Shown: positions 1-12,992, numbered from the whole stretch's first letter. The stretch: 63,210 nt of DNA, filler included, from Vannella sp. (GCA_023345925.1; 8 parts of 8 records of this genome joined end to end with filler, not necessarily neighbours in it); one strand, 5' to 3'. Program-made: numbers and translations. The notes: generated by a model from the letters alone, not told the origin.

Positions 1-1431
1 GTTCAAAATACCACTGTGGTCGTCAATGGGACTGATGGATGCGTGAATATGGTTGGATTTGATACTGATGCGTTATCCGGCAATGCATCCTTCGTTGCTG
101 TGGATAGTCCAGGAGCTCAGTCACTTCCAGCCTTTTTCCACTTCCGAAAGCCTTCATCGACTGTCACCTCTTCGGTCACGCCTTCTTCTTCTGTGACTCC
201 TTCGAACACACCCTCGACTTCCATTACACCCTCAACGACCACTTCAACCAGTTTGACCCCTTCCCAGACTCCGTCTCCAAGTGAAACCAGTTCGGGAACT
301 GCTTCCCCGAGTGTGACCGGGTCGGTGACTTTCTCTCCCAGCGTGACCCCGTCGGAGACTCCCTCATCTTCCATCACGCCATCAGTCACTACCTCTGAGT
401 CAGAATCAGCTTCAGCCACTGGAACAGAGTCAAACTCTCCTTCCAACTCAGAATCAAAGTCACTCTCTCCAACCGGTTCTATGTCGGAGTCAACCCAGTC
501 CCCTTCGGCCACGATTTCTGAAACGTCCTCCATTTCGATCTCCATTCCTCCTTCTGAATCAGATTCGCTCTCCCCGATGGCCTCACCTTCGCCCTCCTTG
601 ATTCCAGAATCAGCAAGCCTTCCCAGCTCTTCCATAATCTCTTCCTTTGAAACAGTCCCCACCCCATCAGCTTCTTCTTTGCCAAGTGAAAGTGAGCAGC
701 TTTCTGAATCCTCTTCATTCAGGGCCAGCTTGAGCGGCTCTCCTGCCCCACCGCCAACCAGCTTCCCGTTCATTGAAGGAAATTGTGAAGACTGCAAAGT
801 CAACTCGACTTTTGTGGCTTTGGATGGAGATATGGTGATTGCCCCCATTGAACTTCTCTCTCCAGATAACGAAGTGCTCTCGATTGTTGTAGTCCCCAAC
901 CAATTCGGTGCCAACGCTACGGTCGACATCACATACGTCACCAATTTGCCTGGAAATGAGGACAGCAACATTGGCTCGATAGTGATCGATATTGTCGTCA
1001 GAGATGCAGATGGAGTGGAAATCACTGAGCTTGAAGAACCGATTGAGGTCTGCATTGAGGAGACCCGCTCCTTCCGCAAAGGTTCCGGCTGCTTGAGCTA
1101 TTACGATGAGAAGAAGGGGAAGTGGCGTTGTCAAGACAAGTGCCTCTCAAAGAGGGGCGGCCTTTACTGCGGTCAAACGGATCATCTGACATCCTTTGCA
1201 TTGCTTTTGAGTGGAGCGGGCGGTCAGGGTAGCAACAGCAATGACCCATGCAGCTCAGAGTCACCCAACAGAATCTTTATGTGGCTGACACTCGCCTTTG
1301 TGGCCACCGCCATCTGTGTTGTTCTCATTAGCATTGTGATCATCGAAATTCGGTTCCGCTACAATTTTGTTGCAAGAACTCGCCGATTTCACGCCATTAA
1401 TAACTTGAACAACAAATACCTGAACAAATAA
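1..1431 (+). CDS. Ser/Thr/Pro-rich mucin-like single-pass membrane protein with GPS (GAIN) motif; 5' truncated
   Basis: Frame is open from base 1. Long S/T/P stalk, then CLSYYDEKKGKWRCQD...CGQTDHL|TSFALLL (GPS-like), one hydrophobic TM (IFMWLTLAFVATAICVVLISIVII) and a short basic tail. Confidence 0.8.
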   Translation, partial: VQNTTVVVNGTDGCVNMVGFDTDALSGNASFVAVDSPGAQSLPAFFHFRKPSSTVTSSVTPSSSVTPSNTPSTSITPSTTTSTSLTPSQTPSPSETSSGTASPSVTGSVTFSPSVTPSETPSSSITPSVTTSESESASATGTESNSPSNSESKSLSPTGSMSESTQSPSATISETSSISISIPPSESDSLSPMASPSPSLIPESASLPSSSIISSFETVPTPSASSLPSESEQLSESSSFRASLSGSPAPPPTSFPFIEGNCEDCKVNSTFVALDGDMVIAPIELLSPDNEVLSIVVVPNQFGANATVDITYVTNLPGNEDSNIGSIVIDIVVRDADGVEITELEEPIEVCIEETRSFRKGSGCLSYYDEKKGKWRCQDKCLSKRGGLYCGQTDHLTSFALLLSGAGGQGSNSNDPCSSESPNRIFMWLTLAFVATAICVVLISIVIIEIRFRYNFVARTRRFHAINNLNNKYLNK

Positions 1432-1606
1432 AGGCTTCCAATGACACTCGGAAGTTTGCGTTGTTAGCAACCTGCTATGGAATACACTTACTTTGATAAA
1501 GAAAGGTGCTTCAAGATGATATATTCAACCAAAGCCAGGGGACGTGGTTTAGTGGGTGAACTCTCTCTTGGAAGAAGCAACCGTTCAGTCTCTATTTGCT
1601 GTCTCA

Positions 1607-3118
1607 TCAAATAGAGATAGGCTTTGTGAGGAGGTGGCAAGCAGGATTGATGGTGAAAGAGGGAATGGTGATGGATTCGAATTCAGCATTTGCTGTTGGG
1701 TCTGGGAGAAACTGGAATGCGCGGAGAAGGACAGCAAGAAAGCTGCTCATCTCAAGATTGGCAAAATTGTTGCCGATGCATTGGCGAGGTCCCATACTGA
1801 AAGGAAGGTAGGCAGCACGGGAGGATTTGAGGCGATTCTCGGCAAAAAAGCGCTCTGGCTTGAAGAGATCTGCATCTTCTCCCCAGAAAGCATGATCTCT
1901 TTGTATGCTGTAGATATTCACCATAGCCAGAGTGCCCTTTGATAGATGCAAAGGCCCAACCACTTGATCTTCTGCGGCTTTTCTGATCACGAATGGTGCT
2001 GCTGGCATCAGCCGAAGTGTCTCCTTGATACAGCACTCCAAAAACTTCATGCCTCGGATTCCGTTGTATGTGATCTCACCCATCGCCAAGATCTCTTCGC
2101 GAACTCGATTCTGAGCATCTTGGTCCCGGGATAGATACTGAATCGCGCTATGAAGAACGGAAGCCGTTGTCTCGTGACCTGCCACAAAGAAGGTGTTCAG
2201 GTTATGCGCAATTTGGCGGTTTGTGAGGACTTCGTCACTCTCTGCAGCCAAGAGATGGTCGAGAATGTCACTTGGCTGCCATCCTGGCTGCCCCACAAAG
2301 CGGCGTTTCTCATCTATGATAGAGATAATGAACTCTTCAAACTTGTCAAACTTAGTTGCCACGTTCTTGCGAGTTCCAAGGAGCTTATCCAAGAGAGGGA
2401 AGATGTGCACAGGATTTCGCAGTTCCGCCATAAAGATCTCGTAGGACTCGATTCCTGGGCTTGACTGGCTTTCATCTAGCTGATGAAAGTCATATCCGAA
2501 GCCACCACGACCTATAGCATCCAGAGTGGCGTGACGAAGAGACTGGAGAATCTCCACTCCTTCTGTCCCTGCGTTCTCCCACCGCTTCTTCAGTTGCTCT
2601 GCAACAGCCACGAACTCAGGAAGGATGTTTTGAATGTGCTGAGAAGCGAAGGAGGGAGAGAGTGCAGTCTTGTGCATCTTCCACTCTTCTCCCTTCGCCA
2701 TGAGGATGGAATCTCGGATGAGCAGGGTGGATGCGTCATTTGGGTCCTCATTGAGCTGCATCTTGACCATATCCGTATCCTTAGCAAACAGAACATCACG
2801 TGCGACAGCAGGGTCCAGTACAAAGACGCAGGGATTGAAGAGGAAGAAGCCTTGGCTCAACCCGTCCACAGCAAAGGTCCTCATGTTGGCAGAGAAGTCC
2901 TTAATCCCACCAGGTTTCCGTACACCTGCTACCATACTCCAAATGGTCCGAACGCAAGTAACAAGAGGGTCTCCTTGCATGGGAATGGTCACCAGCGCGT
3001 CCCTCTCGACCAGGTTCTTGCCAATCTGCCTCCTCCACTTGAGGTCAACCCGCACCAACACCAAGACAACCAGCAGACCCACCAAGGTCACCAACCCGCC
3101 GATAACTTCGACAATCAT
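1607..3118 (-). CDS. Cytochrome P450
   Basis: N-terminal TM anchor from ATG 3118, I-helix AGHETT, K-helix ETLR, FKPERF and haem-binding FSMGPRQCIG; intronless. Confidence 0.95.
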   Translation of the reverse strand: MIVEVIGGLVTLVGLLVVLVLVRVDLKWRRQIGKNLVERDALVTIPMQGDPLVTCVRTIWSMVAGVRKPGGIKDFSANMRTFAVDGLSQGFFLFNPCVFVLDPAVARDVLFAKDTDMVKMQLNEDPNDASTLLIRDSILMAKGEEWKMHKTALSPSFASQHIQNILPEFVAVAEQLKKRWENAGTEGVEILQSLRHATLDAIGRGGFGYDFHQLDESQSSPGIESYEIFMAELRNPVHIFPLLDKLLGTRKNVATKFDKFEEFIISIIDEKRRFVGQPGWQPSDILDHLLAAESDEVLTNRQIAHNLNTFFVAGHETTASVLHSAIQYLSRDQDAQNRVREEILAMGEITYNGIRGMKFLECCIKETLRLMPAAPFVIRKAAEDQVVGPLHLSKGTLAMVNIYSIQRDHAFWGEDADLFKPERFFAENRLKSSRAAYLPFSMGPRQCIGNNFANLEMSSFLAVLLRAFQFLPDPTANAEFESITIPSFTINPACHLLTKPISI

Positions 3119-3224
3119 CGACAAGGAGACCGGACAAAATGCTCTGAAACCTCCAACCCCTTTTCTTCCAAATGTGAGAACCAAATGAGAATGAGAAAGA
3201 AAGGAGAAAATGGGACTTCATGAA

Positions 3225-5806
3225 TTAGTTGTTTTGGCGGAAGTTGCGTTTGGAATTGTGCTTGCGGGAATTCCAAGTGACTTCACGGCGAGAGTCGGAA
3301 GACCCATAATGAGAGCGGACTTCGAGGAGTTTCTCGTTGTTCTCCATCAGATTGCTCGTCTTCTCGACCAACTGGAGAGTGAGGTCTTGGAGCTTGGCAG
3401 AAGGGGCATTTTGGGTGATGATGAAAGAGGTGGTTTCGTCCCACGTGGCGGTGAGCTCGCCGCTCATAATCATCTTTGAGACCATTGTGTGGACTTTGCT
3501 GCTTTCCAGCTCAAACCTGGCGGCCATCTCTTCCGTGGCCAGGCTGTCATAATGAGAGGCAGCGGTGAAGATGTACGTGCGGAGAGCTTGCTCCTTCACC
3601 TGTTGACGTACCATGGCAATCAGCTGCTCTGAGTTGGACATGTAAGCCCACACGTTGAGGCCGAAGATGAGATTGCAGCACTTCTTCCAGTCTCCGCGAG
3701 ATAGAGCCTTTGCAGCAGCGACAAAGAAGTCTCTAGGTTGCTCAGGAGGTCCTGCGAACACCTGACGGCTGTTTCCCTCGAGGTACTTGCGAAGGATCTT
3801 GCTAATTGGCTTCCGCTTGGGGTCATGAGCGTATGCCGCAGCGTGGGGCACTTCCAGGAGGATGGCAGTGATAAAGTAGACCGTTTCAAGGATCTCCGTG
3901 TTGATGTGCATGTGGTAGGGCATCTGACGACGGCTCTCAATCTTCTCCTGTTCAGCATCCTTGTCATAAGCGCGGGTGACGCCTTGGGCGAGGAGTTCTT
4001 TGTACTTCATGTTACTGTAGAGCTCAACAAGGCAGTTGTGAGCATCCACAATCTCTCCTTGGCGGAAGGCCGAGAGACCAAGGAAGGCCATGGCGCGGTT
4101 GAAGAGGATCTGGCTCTCCACGTCTGCGTTCCCGATTGTGTCTTGGATGTGGCTCATCAACATGAAGTTACGCGCCTTTGCATACTCATCATGATTGGCC
4201 AGGAAGGTGACCAAGTACACCATGGCGTGAGCCTTCTGGCGTTCATCACCGTGCTGGAGAACGGATTTGGCCAAGCTCTCGATCTCTTCTGTAGAGCAAG
4301 TCACCATTCCCTCACACACGGCGTCTTCCAGTGCTGAGTGGGCATCTCCGTGCTCGCTGAGGCGAATGGTTTGGTGCTTGTACTTCATCTTGATCAAGGC
4401 AGCGGACACCAACACTTGGAGATCCTTCCAGGGTGTGTAGATCTGCGCTACCTTCTCAACAATCGCTAGTAAAGCGGTAACGTCTCTCATTCGTTTGATA
4501 TAAGCCTAATCACAACCAGTGAGACACCAAACGAAGCAAAGAGGGAAACAGGAGCTCACGTTCACCCGCTGGGAGTCGTTGTCTTGGAGAGACTTGAAGA
4601 ACTCCTGTTCAAGTCGTTCTACGTGATGGAAGACGTTCGCGCGCAAGTCGATCGTGGGAATCTGGCTGTCGATCGTGTTCTTCTCATCCACCACGGCAGG
4701 GTTCTTCGCAATGAGAGCGAGGATCTGCTCCAAGTAGGAGATACAACTGAGGAGGGTGTGAGGAGAGGAAAGGGCTCGTAGTGGCAACGTACTCGTTCCA
4801 AGCTTTGGTGCTGAGATGCGAGGTGGCGCTGGAAGTGTCGAAGAGGGATCCAACAATGTGTAAAAGTACCTGTCCCTGTTGGAAGTCGTTCTGTGCACTT
4901 TCTAAGAGGTCTTTCAAGGCCTTCATCTGTGCCTGGCGATCATAACCCTGTTCATCGCCACGTTCGTCAGGATCACTCGCGGCCGGTGCCTTGGAGACTC
5001 TTTACCTTACGACCACGGGCAGCTAGGATCTTTGTTAGCTCCTCATCTACTAGTTGAGGGGTCCACTTGATCTCCTCTGCTTCTTCTTCTTTGTCCTCGT
5101 CCTCATCGAGAGGCTTCTTGTCATCCTTTGAAACAGACAAGATCAGCTCGTCCTCATCCAATTCTCCAGCTTCCACCTTCTTCTTCCTCTCGCGGAAGGC
5201 ATCCATGGGAACCTTGAAGGTGCCATTGTTGCGGCGCATCTTTTGCTGCATACCGTTGAGGGACTTCTTGTTGGTGTTGCTGAGAGCCTTCTTGTACTTG
5301 AGATCAGCATAGCTCTTTGCATGGAAGTCCTCCAAGTCAACAAGGACAGCGATGTACTGAGGAGAAGAGTCTTCGGTGGTTCGTCCCCACGCAGTCAGCC
5401 ACTTTTGATGCAGTTTGGCAAGATCATCGAATTCTAGAAGGTTTCATCCCTCAATGGTAAGCTTATGGAGCCTGATTATCAAGAGAAGGGGCTACTAGAA
5501 AGAAAGGGGGCTTTTCTTACCCTTCGTGATGAGATTCCAATCGTTCTGGCCTATTCTCTCGCGTAGGCTCTCCACTGCCTTGGTGAGAGCTTCATTGACA
5601 CGCTCATGTTTCGCTCGGACCTCTCGCTTCTCGTTATCATCATCGTCGTCGTCAGCAGCACCTTGAACCCAACGACCCGCCCTGGCGGCGGAATCCTCCA
5701 CGGGTTTATCACCTCCCTCCTCTCCATCCTCTTCCGACTCGGAGAAGAAGTCTTCTTGCTCTTCCTCCTCTTCAGAAGAACTCGCGGCTCCCCAGAACTT
5801 GGACAT
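3225..5806 (-). CDS. EIF3C: Eukaryotic translation initiation factor 3 subunit C (multi-exon)
   Basis: MSKFW plus acidic N-terminus, AARGRK, SHIQDTI, QILFNRAMAFLGLSAFRQG, MPYHMHINTEILE, GPPE and a C-terminal PCI domain, spread over ORFs 5495-5839, 4973-5335, 4684-4926, 4506-4898 and 3225-4490 that are separated by short introns. Confidence 0.95.
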
Positions 5807-6302
5807 GACGCTGCTCAGGCGCTCACCAAGAAAAGCCAAATTTAATAGGAAAGGCTGATATTATTGCCAACTGATGGAAATGAAGTCGGCAATTAAATTT
5901 GTCATTCTTTCTCTTCTCCTTTCGGGTGCCGGCTGATGGTGGAGGTTGCACTTCCATGCTGGCCACATGTTGGCTCGTATGTGCAATGGTAAACCTCTAT
6001 GGATAACCTGCTATGCACGACATTGCTTAAGGGGACTGGTTCTTGCTGGACGCCCTTCGGGTAGCATTAGTCCTTGGTAACTTTGTGAATAAGCGTTCAA
6101 TCAGTACAGGGAGAGAGTTGGCAGTCACAAAGATGAGACAAGAGCAGATTCATCACTCGCTCGCATCCATTTCCTGTCTCTGAAGGGTGCGTACTTCAAA
6201 TTGACTTACTTTGCTTTGTTCTTTGCTGGTCTTCGATACCATTAGTCCAGCTCGGACGAAGCTGATTCAATGGCATTGGTATATAAGTGGAGGGAGAACG
6301 GT

Positions 6303-9068
6303 TTAGAAGGTAAAGTAATCGAGAAGAGCCAGTTTCTCGGTGATCTCGCTGGCGTTTGGGCGGAGATCTGGATCGGAGTGCCAGCAAAGCTCGATCAAAT
6401 GCTGCAAGTCGATGTTCCATTCATTTGGAATGGAAGGGCGCTCTCCTTGACTAACTTGTTCAGTGATTTGGAAGTCAAACTTGAGATGAGGAAAGATGGG
6501 CTGTTGAGAGAAGACCTCCCAAGCGACCAGACCAAAACTGTAGATATCTGCCTTTGTCGTGTATCTTGCGTTGGACAGAATCTCTGGAGCCATCCACTTG
6601 ACGGTTCCCTGATAAGCCGTCATGGAGTCATCTATTTTGCGCGCCAAACCAAAGTCAGCTAGTTTGACAGTGAAATCCTCTTCCAGCTTCTTTTTGGTTA
6701 GTAATTACTCTCAGTGATGGCTATCAGGCTTACCAGAACATTAGCGGGCTTTAGATCCCGGTGGATGATGGGAGGAGTCAATTCGTGAAGGTAATCAAGC
6801 GCCTGGGCCAGTTGTTGCAGGATCCTCAGCTTAAGAGAGTACGAGAGTGGTTTTGTAGAGTCATAGAGAGCATCGGTAAGACTTCCACGAGTCATTAACT
6901 CAAAGACAATAGAAGGCCTTCCATCATCACTGATGAATCCTCCAAAGAGCTGGACAATATGAGGATGGCGCAGATTCTGAAGGACTTCCATCTCTTGGAA
7001 GAAGGTGGCTTCTTCATCATCATTATGGGTGTCGAGAAGCTGCTTGATAGCCACTGGTGTCTGATTCCATCGTCCAGAAAAGACTGTGGCAGCTGCTCCC
7101 CTTCCCAGGATTTCCCTTTTCACTACCTCTTTCGGGCGAATGCGGATATTGATAGGGATTCTAAGGTAGTCCTCTTCGTGGTTCTCCAGCGATTTCATCA
7201 TTTCAGTGACAGTGCCAATCCACTCTTGAGCCGCTTTCAGTGAATTTAACGCTATCCACTGACTTGGAGAGGGATTCCTGCACTTGATGAAGACAATGAC
7301 TTCGGTTTTACTGAGTTTGGAGGCATTTGGAGGCTTCCATTCGTCGGGGATGGACGCTTTGAGATTGCGGAAGTCTTTCAGGCTCTTGGCTCGAGAAACA
7401 TTATTTGGGTTGTTGCTAACCTCCACTGGGGCCATCTTCACTGATCTGATACTGCTTATCTTGACGATTTGACGAGGATGAGTGTCCCAGGCAGTCTGGA
7501 AGAACTGGATTTGATTGTCTCCAGCAACTGCATAGACCTTAAGCCATTTCAAATGGCTTGGGTCGCACATAAGCATGGTGTCTTGAAGAATCGGCTTCTT
7601 CACTTTGCGCAGACAAGGGAGATCTCCAGCTGAAGGTTTGTGAACAGCACTAATCTTGTTTGTGGGAGAATGAGTTGTCGCATTATTCAGGAGACAGGTC
7701 AAAGTGGTCAATATCATTGCCATACTCGCTCGATCGACATGCTCAAATGCATGGGCGCGGTTGCTGTGGCTGAAACAAGCGGCTCCTAAAAACTGGCCAT
7801 TCAATACAACCGGCACCAGTAGAACTGATTCCATTGGTAATTGAAGATCTCCAGCTCTACCTTCAGCTCTTGGACTGCAGATGGCTACTTCTGCTTCAGA
7901 TGGGAAATAGGAACAATCCTGACTCGTTTGGCAGGTCTTCAGAAGATTCTGTGGGAAGAGTGAGGATTGGTCGGTGCTTGTACCTTCCAGAATAGACCGA
8001 GTGCTATCCATAGTCAGTGAGCCATCAACAACAAGTAACTGGTCCTCATTCTGGCGGACATAGCAAAGGTGAGTTCCTTGAGAATGTCGTAGAAGAAGCC
8101 GAAGGGTAGCTTCAGTGGTCTGTCTGATACTCTGAACCGATTTAAATCTTTCCATAGAGGAGGTTATGAGTTCCATGGAGCTCAACGGCTCAGAGGACCT
8201 TTCAGAGCCCCCAGACCAGTGGAACTGCATTTCATCCAGTGATTGAAGAGTTTCAGCTTCCTGAGCAGAGCGAGCTGCGATAGCAGATTCGTTCACACGT
8301 TCCAGAAGTTGGCTCTCTGTTGGCTCTCTTGTGGACTCAGAGGATTTGCTGAAAGGGAATCCCAAGCTCAACCTCTTAAAGGAGAATAGAGTTGAGTCGT
8401 TGCTTCTAACTATCTCATCTGAAGCCCCACTATTCTGTAGGGGTGGAAGAGGGAAGGTGGGATCCTTCTCGGAAGGACTTTTTGTGATTGGAGGGAGCAG
8501 GACGATTGATTCATCCACTTGGCACGATGGAAATGAGCGCTGGATGGCGCAATCGACACTCTTCTGCTTCATCCTTATCTTCCTTCTTTGAGACAGGGAC
8601 TTGGGGGACTCTCCCCCTCCAGTCGAGGAGTTGAGCGACTTTGCTGGAGTCACCAATTCAGAGGATCTGGGGCGAGTAGGAGGAACCTTGGTATTCTTTG
8701 GAGAGAGGAAACGATTGAAGGAGTCTCCCGCACGCATCAGCCCAGCCCAATCGCGAGAGGAGGAGCGGAAGAGAAGTCCGTCCCATTTCCTCAGAGAGCG
8801 TTTCGTGCACGTCGAACGCACTTGAAACCAATGATCCATATCCTTCCGAAGCTTTTCTGCTTCTTCTTGCGCTCCCAAGGCCTCAGAGAGCTGACGAATC
8901 GGGAACTCGTGAAAGGACAGCTCCGTCCTCTTGGACTGGTCCGCTTGTTTAATCTTCTCCCGTTAGACAGATGTAAACGAAGATGGAGAGACTGACTGTG
9001 TTAGCAGCAACCTCCAGCTCTTCAAAGGTCATCTTCTTCTTCTTCTCCGTTCCATTCTCCTCCGCCAT
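6303..9068 (-). CDS. TKL-group protein kinase with GAF-like and PH-like domains
   Basis: Kinase motifs GRGAAATV, VAIK, HRDLKPANVL, (intron) KLADFG, GTVKWMAPE. Upstream are a GAF-like segment (SVLLVPVVLNGQFLGAACFSH...AF) and a PH-like segment (KWLKVYAV...AQEWIGTV). First exon from ATG 9068 with a predicted phase-0 intron at about 8954-8996. Confidence 0.85.
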
Positions 9069-9466
9069 CACAAACAAGAACATCTGACTCGGATTAGCCC
9101 ATGCACAGCAACCCAATCACGTACTGGAGGCTCATCTGATCCTTCAAACACCACCAGAGGTACACTGAGCGTAGCCATTGACAGAATGACGAAGAAAGTC
9201 GGTCCAGCGCCTCATGTTCGAGACTTTTGTCGATTAGGAAAGTGCCTTTTCCATCTACAGCCTTTGAAGATCCTCCAATGACGGGGAATTACGCGTTCCC
9301 TATTACAGACCTTAAACTTGAGATCATACGAGAAAATCTGTGAGCGAAGGGGAAGACTGGTTACCAAAATTCGTGGTTGATGAGTGTCCTGATTACCTCC
9401 ATCAGTCAAGATATTGTATTACATTACTGCGTTTCCATCTTCTGTGGAGGGAAAGTCTCGCTTTCC

Positions 9467-12400
9467 TCAGACGGTTTTGTCCTTTGATTGGGAGGAGTGA
9501 CCCAGAACGGATTGGCACCGCTTTGGATTGTGTGAGAAGAGAAGCCGCCGCATTCAAGGAGCTACTTACTGGACAGATGCATTCTTCAGCGGATTCAGAA
9601 ACGAGATAGAGCCAGCAACGCTCGCATTTGCGGTTGCTGACTGATTCTACAGTAAAGGAAGGCTCATTTGCTTCTTCATCTGTAATGACGGTGATTCGGG
9701 AGACGTTGAAGATCAAGTGGAGAGACTCTTGATTCTTTGAAAGGTGATGTCCAAGAATTGAAGAAGGATTGACTCGGAGTGTGACGGCCGCTTCCAGCCC
9801 TTGCCGGATCACTTTGTCCCTGCGTAGCTGTTCCAGCTCCCCATTCACCCGAGACTTCAGATCTTTGATCAATTTCCAATCCTCTAAAAGATTTGGTCTC
9901 TCCCAATCCGCCTGAAGGTGGAGCCAGCCAGTTTGGAAGATGCTAAAGGCACTTCCATCCTTCGGGCAGGGGAATAATTGCCCCTTGATAGCTTCTGGAA
10001 TGTTCTCGTAAATCTCCTCACTCATGTGGCAGAGAATAGGAGCGAGAGCCTTTGTCAGCACAGCGACAGAGTGAGCTAAAGTTGTTTGAGCAGAGCGGCG
10101 GGAAAGACTCTTGGGCTCATCGGAATAGAGGCGGTCCTTGGCTGCTTCAAAGTAGAAAGAAGACCAGTCATTGATACACATCTGCTGTACCGCATGAGAC
10201 ACTTTCATGTAATTGAATTGCTCATAATTCTCTGTCACTTGCTGGGCAAACGAATAGAGCTCAGCTAGCATGTACTGGTCCACCGGCAGCATCTCTTGGT
10301 ACGGAACAAGGTCTTCTAGATCATGCACATTGCTCATCATGAAGCGCACAGTGTTACGGATCTTCCTTTTGGCTTCCGAAAGACTCTCAATATGATGATA
10401 AGAGATGGTTACATCCTTAGTGTAATCCACAGAACCAACCCAGAACCGGAGGACATCGGCTCCATAAGGAGTTGGGCTTCCTTCGCCACCTCGTAGAATG
10501 ACCGCTGGATCGATCACATTCCCAATAGATTTGCTCATTTTTCGGCCTTCCGCATCCATGACAAACCCGTGGGTGATAATCTTCTTGTATGGAGCCTCTT
10601 CAGTTGCGCCAGTGCTGGTCAAGAGGGAAGATTGGAACCACCCTCGGTACTGGTCTGCACCTTCTAAGTACAAATCAGCCTTTGGAAGTCCTCTCTGTCC
10701 AAGCACAGAGCTCCAGGAAACTCCACTGTCAAACCATACATCCACTGTGTCAAAGCAGCGCTCGTACAAGTGAGCTTGTCCCGCGAGAGAGAGGGGAAGA
10801 AGCTCTTCCACACTCATTGCCCACCAACAATCTACTCCTTGTTTGTCAACAAGGCCACAAAGGTGGTCAATAGTCTCTTGGTTAATAAGAGGCTCTCCAG
10901 TCTCCTTATGAAGGAAGACTGGTAAAGGAACTCCCCAACAGCGCTGTCGAGAGATACACCAATCGGTACGCTGCTTCAAAAGGTTCGTAAACCGCTCCTT
11001 CCCCGAAGAGGGAATGATCTCAACGTGAGCAAGTTGGGCAATTGCGTCGGGAATCAAAGAGCGGAGGTCAGTGAACCACTGCTTTGTAGTTCTTACAATT
11101 ACAGGTTGCTTGGTACGCCAATCGTGGGGGTACTTGTGCTCGTAATGGTGTTGATGAACGAACATTCCCCCTGATTTGAGCTTCTCGATGATCTTTTGGT
11201 TGCCCTCTCCCAGAACCTCCACTCCAACAAGGTCATCCCCCACCTCGTGGGTGTAGCGGCCCTGGTTATCCACCGGGCAGAAAGGCTCTACCCCGTATCG
11301 ACCTGTGAGGACACGGAAGTCATCTTGGCCATGCCCTGGAGCAGCATGCACCAACCCAGTGCCGCTGGCATCGGTGACAAAATCAGCTTCATACACTTTG
11401 CCTATTTGGTGAGGGAGCAAGCCAGAATACTCGCAATCAAGAAGCTCCTGTGCACTGATGTCCTTCAACACTTCGACAGGCCGGCCAGTCAGAGTCTGGA
11501 GGTATTCAATGCGACTCTTGGCAACCACATAGAAAGAATTGAGTTCGATTTGTTCTTCTGGAGCCTTCTGGTTTGACTGAGGAAGCTTACTACCAAGAGA
11601 AACCAAACAGTACTCCATAGAAGGGTGTACGCAGACCCCTTTGTTGGCTGGGAGAGTCCAGGGGGTCGTGGTCCACACTAATAAGCGCACTGGACGATTA
11701 GACGCGTCAGTGAAGGGTTTCGCGGAGTCAAGAACAGATCCCTTGTTGATGGGAAAGCCTGCAAATACCGAGAGAGAGGCGTAGCGTTCAGGATACTCCA
11801 ATTCAGCCTCGGCTAGGGCAGTATTGGATGATGGGGACCAGTGGACAGGCCTGACTCCTTGGTAAATGTATCCCTTGCGATAGAGATCGTAGAAAACGCG
11901 TAGTTGAGCACTCTCGTAGGCAGGTTGGAGGGTAAGATACGGTTTCTCCCAGTCGCCCATCACTCCCCACTCCATAAAGCACTTCTTTTGCACTTTGATT
12001 GCCTCTGCAGCTACCTTCTTGGCTGCCTTACGTACCTGGATGGCTGATTCAGGTTGGTTGTACTTGTGATGAGCCAGATCACCCTCTTTCAGCGCTTTGA
12101 TCTCAATGGGGAGCCCATGGCAGTCCCAACCGGGGATGTAGCTCACTGTGTGGCCACGAAGAAGCTTGTATCGGTTGACAATATCCTTAAGGATCTTGTT
12201 CAGCGAGTGTCCGATGTGCGGGGAGCCGTTGGCATAGGGCGGGCCATCATGCATCACCCACATTGGGTGCGCCGTTGGTTCTGCTTGATGACGAGACTGT
12301 TGCCAGTCATAGAGTTGAGAGGTACACCGTTTCCGGTACTTGGGCTCGACTTGCACTGCGTTAGCACGCATGGGAAAGCTTGTCTTAGGAAGGAGCAAGG

Positions 12401-12530
12401 TCTTGGAGTAGTCCCGTCGTCTGGTCGCTTCCAACTCACTCACTGGACTCACTTCAGAACAGTAGAGACGTTGCAAGATGCTTTCTCGTGCGCTCCAGCC
12501 TCGTCGACACTGCAATGAGGCCCGCAACAT
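9467..12530 (-). CDS. IARS2: Isoleucyl-tRNA synthetase, mitochondrial (bacterial-type)
   Basis: Arg-rich presequence, HDGPPYANG, HIGH, GWDCHGLPIE, DWCISRQR, KMSKS. Removing intron 9521-9569 completes the C-terminal zinc finger (CERCW...CP|RC) and gives a stop at 9467. Confidence 0.95.
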
Positions 12531-12992
12531 CGGCTCCCCAAGAAATGAGCTTTTGAATGATGTCTTAGGAACTCCTCTTCAACCAGTCCATTACACTTGG
12601 ACGAAGAGTGAGAAATTCACTAAACCAGGTCCTCTGGCTTCATATGAAAGCGAGACAAGTCCACGAGAGGCAAAAACTGGAGGGGAAAGATTCATTTTTG
12701 TTGATAACTTTGAACTTAAGGCAGTTGTAGGGAGCCCATGTATATCAATAGAATGAAGGATGTATGCAGTATTATCTTGTAACCAATGCTGACGCCTGGC
12801 ATCAAGAGGGAAAGGGAGATCGTCAGTTTCCCTAAAAGTGATATTCATGGTTCTAGCAGAGTGCAGTCCATCTCCTGTGGACCGAAAGGATTATAAATCT
12901 TTAGACACAACATTATCTGTTGTATAGAACTACTTGATCACCAAACAAGAGGAAATGCCCTCGCCGCTCATGACTTCTCTGGAAGCGGGCTG

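Noticed and set aside
5926..6075. Hairpin with a GTTGCAC loop (U1/U2-like) and a cUUCGg hairpin; also a signal-peptide-like mini-ORF from 5880
   Set aside because: No U1 5' ACTTACCTG, no U2 branch-pairing sequence and no clear Sm site. The ORF stops after 18 codons.
9402..9569. Unusual C-terminal tail on IleRS
   Set aside because: It is intron read-through. Splicing 9521-9569 restores the normal zinc-finger end.
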